From the NCBI GenBank assembly GCA_964442455.1, contig CAYTZB010000001.1:21910-85909 (forward strand): a stretch of DNA of 64,000 nucleotides. The letters are read 5' to 3'. This DNA is from an uncultured Gammaproteobacteria bacterium. GTDB lineage: Bacteria > Patescibacteriota > Microgenomatia > UBA8517 > JACQJR01. Position 1 is the first letter of the stretch; every line of letters starts with the position of its first letter. The notes below the pieces were generated by a model, which was not told the origin of the DNA, did no database searches, and saw only the letters and a program-made list of their open reading frames with translations. The position numbers and the translations under genes are program-made. Below are positions 30,478 to 39,004 of this stretch, in pieces.

Positions 30478-31337
30478 AATTTTACCTTCTTTATTTTTGA
30501 CCAGGTCAGACCGGCAAAATAGGCAGCAAGCTCTGACGGCCGAAGAACTAAGAATCCAATTGTCCCAATAGGGTCGAGAATAAAAAGCTTTAAATTACGA
30601 AAGTATACAATCCGAAAAACTAAAGGAAACTCCTTTTTGAAATTAAATCCGTGTTTTTTGAATAATAAATTGAGAGTTAACCCGTAATTAAACTTTTTCT
30701 TAATTTGTGCTAGATAACTTAGTTTTCCCAAATGATGCTTCGTGACAAAGGGTAATGGTATTGAGTCAATTTTTCCTATAGCTATTACTCGTTTTGACAT
30801 ATCCCAATCTTCCGATGAGCGTAAATTTTCGTCGTAACCACCCAGCTTAAAAAAAACTTCTCGTCTGAAAAATCGAGCAGCCTCAATTGCGTCATAACCA
30901 ATATAACACTTTCTTTCTAACATCTTGGCCTTACTCCAGAAGCCTTGACCAACATCCTGCTCGTGAATTTTCAACGCTAGTATTTCAGGATTTGCCTCGA
31001 AGATATTAATTCCGGTTGAAATTACTTTTGGGGTAAGTTCCATATCAGAGTCGATATGAAGTAAGTACTTACCTTTTGAATTTTTAGCACCCATGTTTCT
31101 TGATATGGGAGGCGCGCTGTAAAAACGGTCAGCCCGTGTGCTAAATAGTTTGTTAGTAAATTTTTCTGCTATGCTGGTCGTACCATCGTTACTTTCCTGG
31201 TCAACAACAATAATTTCTATATTGGGATAAGTTTGCCTTTTTATAGATTTTAGACAAGTTTCAATTGTCCGTTTAGAGTTTCGGGTGGGGATAATAACAG
31301 ATACTAGAGGAAATTTCCTCCTAATTTTCTTTTTCAT
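30474..31337 (-). CDS. GT2 (GT-A fold) glycosyltransferase.
   Basis: 'LVSVIIPTRNSKRTIETCLKSIKRQTYPNIEIIVVDQESNDGT' and 'DSDMEL' (DXD). Confidence 0.7.
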   Translation of the reverse strand: MKKKIRRKFPLVSVIIPTRNSKRTIETCLKSIKRQTYPNIEIIVVDQESNDGTTSIAEKFTNKLFSTRADRFYSAPPISRNMGAKNSKGKYLLHIDSDMELTPKVISTGINIFEANPEILALKIHEQDVGQGFWSKAKMLERKCYIGYDAIEAARFFRREVFFKLGGYDENLRSSEDWDMSKRVIAIGKIDSIPLPFVTKHHLGKLSYLAQIKKKFNYGLTLNLLFKKHGFNFKKEFPLVFRIVYFRNLKLFILDPIGTIGFLVLRPSELAAYFAGLTWSKIKKVKL

Positions 31338-31400
31338 AACAAAACTAGTGTTAATTATATACTAAACTTAGTCTAGGGTGTATTATTTATTATTGTAGAA

Positions 31401-33479
31401 ATGTTTTACACGAAAAAAGTATTCCCACATATATCTCTAATTTTTATTCCGATATTCTTGTCCATTGTTTTCTATCTACAAAGTTTATATTCCTTTTTCC
31501 AGCAGGATGAATGGTTGGCATTTAGTCGACATATTTTATTGGAAGGCGCAGATAAAAAAGTATTTTTAGAAGATGTTTTTTTAACCGCTGGGGTTCACTA
31601 TACTCCTTTAACAGTCTTAAGTATAAACTTGCTTTTTTCTTTTTTGGGGCTTAATTATGTGGGTTATGCCTTGGTAAGTATACTTCTACATGTCATTGTG
31701 GTAATACTGGTTTTTTATCTAGCAAGAATACTTCTTCAAAATAACTTTTTAGCACTTTTTGTTTCTGCTCTTTTTGGTATTTCAGCAGCTGGTTTTCAAG
31801 CGACTAGTTGGGTGGTAGCAGATATTGCCACTCATGGAGCAACTATTTTAGGATTATTAACATTAATTTTATTTTTCGAATTTTTGAGATCTCAAAAAAT
31901 CATTTGGTTTTGGATATCCTTAATTACACTCATTATAAGTTTTTTATTTAAAGAAATAACTGTGGGGTTATTTGTAATTTTACCTCTAACGTTTTTTTTC
32001 TTTGCCAAAAATCCATTAAGAAAAAAAAACAAATTCCCACTTTTAATTTTTGGAGTTGGGATTATTTATTTTGCCTTTAGAGCAATGTTTCTAACCTCAG
32101 ATTCTTATATTTCAACTTCGAAGGGAATGAGTGTTGATTTATTATACAAGTTTGCATTTTTACCTGTAAAGACAGTTTCACAAACGCTCATTCCTCCTAG
32201 CCAAACTATTAAAATATCTTACTCGTTGGCACCTCTTTTCAAACAAGTTGCAACCGGAGAGAAAGGGAGTACGAGTTTTGATCTATTTGTCCAAAATAGA
32301 ATTTTGCCAGTTTTAGATTCGATGATTTTCCTTTTAGTTGCTGCAGTTCTTTGGTTTTTGTGGCGCAGGGGAGGTTTTAAAAGTATAAAACTACCGCTAT
32401 TTACTTTTACCTTCGTAATAATAAACAGTATTGTATATGCTATCTCACCAGAGAAGAGTGGATTGATTTCAATTATTGACTCACGCAATCTTTATTTTCC
32501 CTCAATAGGTACATTTATTTTTGTTGTTTATGTTGCGTCCTTTGTAGTGGGGAATGACTTTAGGAAAATATTTTTACTTCTTTTACCGCTTCTGGCGCTC
32601 AACACTTTTTGGCTTAATAGGGAACTTTCTTATTTGGCAGAAATAGGCTCTTTAAGAAAAAATATACTTTTCTATATCAAAGGTGAGTATCCAAATTTGT
32701 CTGATAAAACAGTGTTCTATATTGAAAGTGATACTTCTTACTATGGCTTACCAGCCCAAGAGAGAATTCTTCCATTCCAATCTGGTTTTGGTCAAACTTT
32801 ACTTGTTTGGTATTACAATACGCAACATTACCCAAGAGAATTTTATGAGAATAAATTTTTATGGGGAATTACAGAGCAAGGTTATAAAGAGTTTACCAAT
32901 CGTGGATTTGGTTATTTTAGAAATTTTGAAGAACTTGGAAAAACTGTGGAAGATAAAAATTTACCTACAGATTCAGTAATAGCATTTTCTTTTAATTCAT
33001 TCGACTCTACAACTCGTGATATTACCCAAGAGGTTAATGGTAGATTAGAAGGTTTTCTGGCACGCAAAAAGCTTATTAATAACAGCGATTACAACTTGAC
33101 TGCATCTTCTAATCCTGAAGAGGCTTATTTAGCAACTGACGGAAATAGATCTACTTTATGGAACTCCAAACTTCCTTATTCTGAATCTCAGTATTTAGAG
33201 ATAGATATTAAAAGCCTAAAGAATATTGCAGAGATAGATATAGACTCTTATAATAACAAAGATCAGAATGAGGTTGGGTATAAAATATCTTTGTCTAGTG
33301 ATAAGATTAATTGGTTAGAGGTGTTTCATTCGGCTCGCTATACACCGACCGACAGTGGTATTGTCAGAATATTTTTTAAACCTCAAACTGCTCGGTTTAT
33401 CAGAATATATCAAATCGGTTATCACAAATATGCACCTTGGGTTATCCATGAATTGAAGGTATATGAAGCAATTAATTAA
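31401..33479 (+). CDS. Polytopic membrane protein (putative GT-C) with a C-terminal F5/8 type C (discoidin) domain.
   Basis: About 11 N-terminal TM helices. C-terminus 'EAYLATDGNRSTLWNSKLPYSESQYLEIDIKSL...YKISLSSDKINW...ARFIRIYQIGYHKYAPWVIHELKVYE'. Confidence 0.55.
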   Translation: MFYTKKVFPHISLIFIPIFLSIVFYLQSLYSFFQQDEWLAFSRHILLEGADKKVFLEDVFLTAGVHYTPLTVLSINLLFSFLGLNYVGYALVSILLHVIVVILVFYLARILLQNNFLALFVSALFGISAAGFQATSWVVADIATHGATILGLLTLILFFEFLRSQKIIWFWISLITLIISFLFKEITVGLFVILPLTFFFFAKNPLRKKNKFPLLIFGVGIIYFAFRAMFLTSDSYISTSKGMSVDLLYKFAFLPVKTVSQTLIPPSQTIKISYSLAPLFKQVATGEKGSTSFDLFVQNRILPVLDSMIFLLVAAVLWFLWRRGGFKSIKLPLFTFTFVIINSIVYAISPEKSGLISIIDSRNLYFPSIGTFIFVVYVASFVVGNDFRKIFLLLLPLLALNTFWLNRELSYLAEIGSLRKNILFYIKGEYPNLSDKTVFYIESDTSYYGLPAQERILPFQSGFGQTLLVWYYNTQHYPREFYENKFLWGITEQGYKEFTNRGFGYFRNFEELGKTVEDKNLPTDSVIAFSFNSFDSTTRDITQEVNGRLEGFLARKKLINNSDYNLTASSNPEEAYLATDGNRSTLWNSKLPYSESQYLEIDIKSLKNIAEIDIDSYNNKDQNEVGYKISLSSDKINWLEVFHSARYTPTDSGIVRIFFKPQTARFIRIYQIGYHKYAPWVIHELKVYEAIN

Positions 33480-36400
33480 AAGATTTTTTGTATTTTGGAG
33501 TATTATCCCCTTTATTTTTTTAGGTCTTACTCCAATTATATGGTTTTGGGGTAAAGGGAATGTACTAGTAAATGGAATAGATACAAATTTTCCACTCAAT
33601 CCTCCGATGTGGCTTATGAGGCGTTTTTATGTCTGGACTGATTTTCCCAATGCAGGCGCTGATTTTTCTTCCTCAACTGCAGGTATTTTTTTTCACCTGA
33701 TTCAAGTTATTCCTTACAAGATTGGTCTTACCTTACAGCATGTTCAAATTGTGAGCCTTATTTTTTGGTTTGCTTTAATTGTGTTTTCTTCTTATATCTT
33801 GGCAAAAACAATTTTCCCTAAGAGGTTTTTAATTCAATTACTATTTTCGGTTCTTTATACATTTAATGTTTATATTTTCAATACATGGGAGAATGTAAAG
33901 GTTGCTAATCTTTCTTTAATCGCAGCCATACCACTTGTCTTATCAATACTTATTTTGTTAAAGGAAGAAAAGATCAAAAGATTAAAAGTTTTATTTTTCT
34001 CTTCCTTAATAGGTATTATTTTATCTGGCTCTGGGATAAATCCGTCCTATTTCTTATCATTCTTGTTTATAGTAGCAATATTTATTTTTTCTCAGATTAT
34101 AACTGGATTTAAATTTTACAAGGTAAAAACTGTTGTAACTAATAGCTTAATTGTTATTGTTCCTATAATTTTAGTCAATCTTTTTTGGATGCTTCCGACG
34201 ATTAATTTTGTATTTAACAATGTAGCACCAGGGGGAAGTATAGACAAAATTGGTTTTACAAATTGGGTTGATTCTTTATCTGAAAATACAAGTTTGTTAA
34301 ATGTAATGAGACTTCAGGGTGCATGGGATTGGTATGCATTTGATGGAATAACGGGACTACCGATTTATATACCTTATGCCTTGAATTATTTTTATAGATT
34401 TCCCTTTATTGTTTTTAGTTTCTTACTGCCTACAATTGCAATTTTAGCCCTCATTGTCCGGAAAAAAGTTAATGACTCAACTTATCTTTATATAAGTTTC
34501 TCTTTAATGTTTATTATTGGAATATTTTTAGGGGTAGGTACTCATTTGCCAACCGGTTATATCTTCAGGTGGTTAAGTAATAATATTCCATTTTTTACCC
34601 TTTTTCGTAGTCCTTGGTACATTTTTACACCCCTTGTTACGCTTTCTCTCGCAGGACTAGTTTCTCTGTTTTTATATTATTTATATGAAAATTTTGGAAA
34701 AAGATTTAGACTGATGTATCCTTTAGTTACTCTTATAGTTTTAGTTTTAATAATTGGTAACCTTGTCTATTCTTATCCACTAGTCACCGGTAAGATCTTT
34801 CGGCCAGGAAGGCCGGATAGTTTTTTTATAAATTTTCCCGAATATATTTATGATGCAGGGGATTGGTTAAGCCAAGTAAACAATAGCAGAATAGTTGTTT
34901 ATCCCGACGATGAAATAGAACAATTCAAGTGGGGTTATCGAGGAATTGAATCAATTCTGGCTTTACTCTCAAATACAGAAGTTATTTTCAATCCTCTTAA
35001 TAGTCCCGATTCCAATGTTGTTCTTCTAATTAAAGAGTTTTATAAAAATTTGAAAAAGGGCAAGATTAGTGAGGCTTTTGTTTTAGCTCAAAAACTAAAT
35101 GTAGGTTTTATTTTTGATAAGAATGATCAAGAAAGCCTTTCGCCAAGTTTATCTGATAAGGTGAAGAGTAATGAAGTTTCAAGTTTTGGGGGTTGGCATT
35201 TTTATAAATTCCCTCAAGATTCTATCCCTAAAATCTATTCTCCTACAAGTATTTTTTTGGGACCTATTCAAAAAGATGGTGCTCGGGTTCTAGGTCTAAT
35301 CCCTAAAGAAGGAGCTTTACTTAATCCGGAAGATAGTGTTGTAAAAAGTATTGATGCACTTAAAAGTTATTATGGTTTTGTTTTACTTTCAAAGAACTTT
35401 CAAGAAGAAGAGTTTAAAAATTTCGCTTACAGTGAATCAAAACTTAATAATCGTTTGGTTTCGCGAAACCTTTCAAAAGTGGATTTTAGTATAAATATTC
35501 CAGAGGAAGGTAATTATAGTCCGGTTATTGAAAGGTATGAATTAGAAGATTTTGGGATTAGAGTTGAGGAAGGTTTGGAAGTGGAAGTCGATGGAAATAA
35601 ACTAATTTGGAATGTTGAGAGTTATTCAGATTCATTTGTATACTTTAAGAAGGTTAATCTACCAAAAGGTGAGCATAAAATTAGTATAAAACTAAAAAAT
35701 GAAAACTTAGTTTTTGGGGGAGACTTTAACTCAGGTATGAACTTTAAACAAGGTGGATATGGAGAGGGGAGAGGTGAATATTCAATAAATGAAGATGGTA
35801 ATGGGAAATTCTTGCAAATCTTTAATGTTAACAAGGCTAATGTTTCAGCAGATTTTTCAGTTTCATCCTTTAATCCTTTTACCTCTTATTATGTTGAACT
35901 TGAGTATAAACAGATTTATGGTAATAATGCTAATGTGGTAGTTCTACAAGGGACGAGCAATACTCTTGTAAAAGCTCAGACAGAAAGATTGCCGAATTAC
36001 CCTGAATGGAATGTCTTTAGTTTTTACTTTGAACCAATTCAAACTAATTCATTTATGACCGTTGCTCTTGAATCTCCTTTTACAAGCGATCCATTGGGAA
36101 CGAAAATTCTCTATGATGATTTACGAGTTTTTAAGGTTTTTTCAAACAAATTATTATTTATAAAGGAGGGAAGTAATAAATTTGAAAATGTTCCTAAAAT
36201 AAAATTTGTTAAAAAGTCACCAGTAAGTTATGAGGGAGAAGTTTATGAAGTTGGAGGCCCGCATGTTATTACCTTTTCAGAAAATTATTCCCCAGAATGG
36301 GAAATTATGTTATTTGACGATGATGGTAAAAGGATTACTGGCGGCGTCAAGCATTTCTCGGCTAATATTTATGCGAATGGCTGGTTTGTAGAAGGAGTTC

Positions 36401-36546
36401 CAAACAGCTATAAATTTAAGATTTTTTATAAACCCCAGAATTTGTTTTGGTTAGGACTGGGAATATCTATAACTACTCTAATACTGTTTGCTATTTTAGC
36501 TAATTTAAATTTAGCAAAAAGATTATTTAAAGAATGGAAACATTAA
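33463..36546 (+). CDS. Very large (1027 aa) polytopic membrane protein with a ~550-aa extracytoplasmic beta-rich region and a C-terminal TM anchor (putative GT-C-like, AftD/DUF3367-like architecture).
   Basis: 12 or more N-terminal helices, a long hydrophilic middle and C-terminal region, and a final TM 'LFWLGLGISITTLILFAILANL'. Confidence 0.4.
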   Translation: MKQLIKRFFVFWSIIPFIFLGLTPIIWFWGKGNVLVNGIDTNFPLNPPMWLMRRFYVWTDFPNAGADFSSSTAGIFFHLIQVIPYKIGLTLQHVQIVSLIFWFALIVFSSYILAKTIFPKRFLIQLLFSVLYTFNVYIFNTWENVKVANLSLIAAIPLVLSILILLKEEKIKRLKVLFFSSLIGIILSGSGINPSYFLSFLFIVAIFIFSQIITGFKFYKVKTVVTNSLIVIVPIILVNLFWMLPTINFVFNNVAPGGSIDKIGFTNWVDSLSENTSLLNVMRLQGAWDWYAFDGITGLPIYIPYALNYFYRFPFIVFSFLLPTIAILALIVRKKVNDSTYLYISFSLMFIIGIFLGVGTHLPTGYIFRWLSNNIPFFTLFRSPWYIFTPLVTLSLAGLVSLFLYYLYENFGKRFRLMYPLVTLIVLVLIIGNLVYSYPLVTGKIFRPGRPDSFFINFPEYIYDAGDWLSQVNNSRIVVYPDDEIEQFKWGYRGIESILALLSNTEVIFNPLNSPDSNVVLLIKEFYKNLKKGKISEAFVLAQKLNVGFIFDKNDQESLSPSLSDKVKSNEVSSFGGWHFYKFPQDSIPKIYSPTSIFLGPIQKDGARVLGLIPKEGALLNPEDSVVKSIDALKSYYGFVLLSKNFQEEEFKNFAYSESKLNNRLVSRNLSKVDFSINIPEEGNYSPVIERYELEDFGIRVEEGLEVEVDGNKLIWNVESYSDSFVYFKKVNLPKGEHKISIKLKNENLVFGGDFNSGMNFKQGGYGEGRGEYSINEDGNGKFLQIFNVNKANVSADFSVSSFNPFTSYYVELEYKQIYGNNANVVVLQGTSNTLVKAQTERLPNYPEWNVFSFYFEPIQTNSFMTVALESPFTSDPLGTKILYDDLRVFKVFSNKLLFIKEGSNKFENVPKIKFVKKSPVSYEGEVYEVGGPHVITFSENYSPEWEIMLFDDDGKRITGGVKHFSANIYANGWFVEGVPNSYKFKIFYKPQNLFWLGLGISITTLILFAILANLNLAKRLFKEWKH

Positions 36547-36923
36547 ATTTTAAAAAGATTCAAAGTAAAGTTTTAGAGGATTTGAGCCTTTGGGCCCAAA
36601 ATAAGATATTTGGGTTATTTGTTTTTAATCTTTTAGTAATGCTTCTGATAGTACTGCGCTCGGCTGGCTATTTCGCCCCGTTTTTTCCAATTACAATCAA
36701 CTTCATAGTACTTTTATCTCTTATTCTATCGATTATTTTGCTTAGTGTAGGAAATAGAATTATGTTTTTGATTGCATTTATATTTTGGCTTTTGGCAGCA
36801 TTTTTTAAATTTTTTCAAATTGATGTTTGGGCAGAGAGAACAACAGTTTATACGTTTCAAGCTTTAGTAATAGGGGTACTTCTTTTAATAATAGAAACTA
36901 TATCAAGTAAACGCACAAGATAG
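36534..36923 (+). CDS. Small 4-TM membrane protein (possibly a GtrA-like polyprenyl-phosphate sugar flippase subunit).
   Basis: 129 aa with four hydrophobic segments. It overlaps the C-terminus of the convergent YfhO-like gene by 67 nt, so one of the two ends may be miscalled. Confidence 0.3.
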   Translation: METLNFKKIQSKVLEDLSLWAQNKIFGLFVFNLLVMLLIVLRSAGYFAPFFPITINFIVLLSLILSIILLSVGNRIMFLIAFIFWLLAAFFKFFQIDVWAERTTVYTFQALVIGVLLLIIETISSKRTR

Positions 36924-38809
36924 ATAAGCAAAAATAGCAATGTTGCTAATGTTATATATTTGCCAATAAGAAAACTTTTAGGCTCATATCTAAACTCTAC
37001 AAAGTTAGTGTCTGGTTTAATATTTACAAGCCGCAGAGTATTTGGTTTTTCTTGGACGTTCACTTTTTCTTTTCCGTTTAAGTAGGCATTCCACCAAGGA
37101 CTCCAGGTTTCGGATAGCACTAAACGAGATGATTCGTGTTTTGAGGTATCAACTTTTATATGGTTTGGGGAATATTTCAGTATTTTTACCTCGTTCCCCG
37201 GTTTTTGGTCGTCGAGTTGAAAGTATGCCCGCGGCAGATATAAAGTATTCCAATATAGCAAATATTCGCCAAATTTCTTTTCCAATGAAAACCTCTTATC
37301 CGTTAATTCGTAAGGAGAAATTACATATTTGGTATTAAATTCTCCCAGAGCAATTGGATCAGGCTGTGGTTTTTCGAAGGTGTAAGTTCCGATTGGTGGA
37401 ATTGATAAGGTGTAATAGTTCCAATATGCACCTGTTAACTGCCACGCCTGTTTGTAATAGTTTATTTGCTGGATTGTGTTATAGCCTTCGATTAATTCCA
37501 ATCCATATATGCTTGCATCTTTTTGTGATAAACAACGATTTGTGCAATAAACGCGGAATTTATCTTTGTCTTTCGCCAAAAATTCGTAAACCTCACGAGG
37601 TGCAAATTTAGAAATTTGAGGCGTAGGGATTGTGATTCTTGCCCAAGAAAGAGCCAGTGTTTCTGCTAAAGCTAAAACTGCGATAAAAAGCGTCATCTTC
37701 TTGAAACGTTTGTTTTTCGAAAGTATTTCAAGTCCCAGGGTGGCAAGAATTACTACTAAAAGTATTGTGATAAACCACACTCTTGTTGTAACTCGCAGCA
37801 TGACAAACCAGTCTTGGGTTAAAAGCAGGGAATAAATAGGAGAAAGATTATTAAGCGCCAGGAGGAAGATCATTAAACCAACCACGAGAAGCATAATTTT
37901 TAGTCGGCGCTTTAAGCTCAAAAATCCCAAAGTACCTAAGGCTATTGTCAATGTCCCCAGAGGTAGCCATTTCTCGCTGTCCAAATTCTCTATTATTCCC
38001 CATGGCCAAAATACTGCCATAAGGAACTCTTTTATTCCATTCCATTGAGGAAATACCTCACGAGTTGAAGTGAGTAATTGTCTTGTTGTATATGGTAACC
38101 ATTCAAGTTGTGGCAAAAAAGCTATTGCTGTTAGTCCAAAGGTTATAACACCGGAAAGTACTAAGTAGGGAAAACTTTTTATGCGGGATATAACTATGGT
38201 TATAACACTCGCCACTGCCACAATAAGAAAAGTTAATATATGCGTGTAGAAGGTAGCGGCAAGGAAAAGTGCAAGTGCAATGGACCAAATGACAGATGGT
38301 GATTTCACAAGCTTTATGGTGGTTAAGAATATGAAGGGAAGCCAAGCGAATGAAGTTACAAGTCCAAAATGTCCGGCTTCCAAGTATCCAAATAGCTTCG
38401 GAGTACAAATGTAAACCGCCGCTGCAAATAACGAACTAAATTGTTTCATCCCCAGGGTACGTGCTAAAAAGAACATTCCAAAGCCGCCTAAGAATGTATG
38501 CAGAATGAAGGAAGTTATGAATGCGGTTCCGATTGGCAGGAGAAGAAAAATAATGTTGGGTGGATAAAAAAGCGGCGCCTGCGGGTCAGATAAAAGCGGC
38601 ATCCCGGAAAAGAATAAATTATTCCAGAGCGGCAATTGTCCATTTTGAATTATCTGCTGCTTAACAAAAAAGAAGATCGGCCAGAAAAATTCTTGCAAAT
38701 CGTTCCCGCGGGCTAGAACTAACGATGGGTTTAGGAGTATAGGCAGATAAAGAACTATAACTGCGACAGCAATGATTAAAAAGGGAAAAGTTTTTTTCAA
38801 CTTAAGCAT
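36857..38809 (-). CDS. YfhO-family polytopic membrane protein (GT-C fold glycosyltransferase family).
   Basis: N-terminus 'LARGNDLQEFFWPIFFFVKQQIIQNGQLPLWNNLFFSGMPLLSDPQAPLFYP' matches the characteristic YfhO N-terminal signature. 650 aa with a C-terminal TM anchor. Confidence 0.6.
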   Translation of the reverse strand: MLKLKKTFPFLIIAVAVIVLYLPILLNPSLVLARGNDLQEFFWPIFFFVKQQIIQNGQLPLWNNLFFSGMPLLSDPQAPLFYPPNIIFLLLPIGTAFITSFILHTFLGGFGMFFLARTLGMKQFSSLFAAAVYICTPKLFGYLEAGHFGLVTSFAWLPFIFLTTIKLVKSPSVIWSIALALFLAATFYTHILTFLIVAVASVITIVISRIKSFPYLVLSGVITFGLTAIAFLPQLEWLPYTTRQLLTSTREVFPQWNGIKEFLMAVFWPWGIIENLDSEKWLPLGTLTIALGTLGFLSLKRRLKIMLLVVGLMIFLLALNNLSPIYSLLLTQDWFVMLRVTTRVWFITILLVVILATLGLEILSKNKRFKKMTLFIAVLALAETLALSWARITIPTPQISKFAPREVYEFLAKDKDKFRVYCTNRCLSQKDASIYGLELIEGYNTIQQINYYKQAWQLTGAYWNYYTLSIPPIGTYTFEKPQPDPIALGEFNTKYVISPYELTDKRFSLEKKFGEYLLYWNTLYLPRAYFQLDDQKPGNEVKILKYSPNHIKVDTSKHESSRLVLSETWSPWWNAYLNGKEKVNVQEKPNTLRLVNIKPDTNFVEFRYEPKSFLIGKYITLATLLFLLIYLVRLLDIVSIIKRSTPITKA

Positions 38810-39004
38810 GTCAGTGTGTAATTGAACCTGATTTTATTGTACAATTTAGTAGGATGCTTGAAAAGGTGTTATTTTCCGCATTTTTTGGAGGATTTTTGCT
38901 TCTGGGTTTCCTTCTTTTAATAAATCACCCGGGTTTTGCGATTAAAGTGGCGAATTATGTCTATCTTTTATTGGTTGTTATAGCTCTTATCAGAGCAGTT
39001 AAAT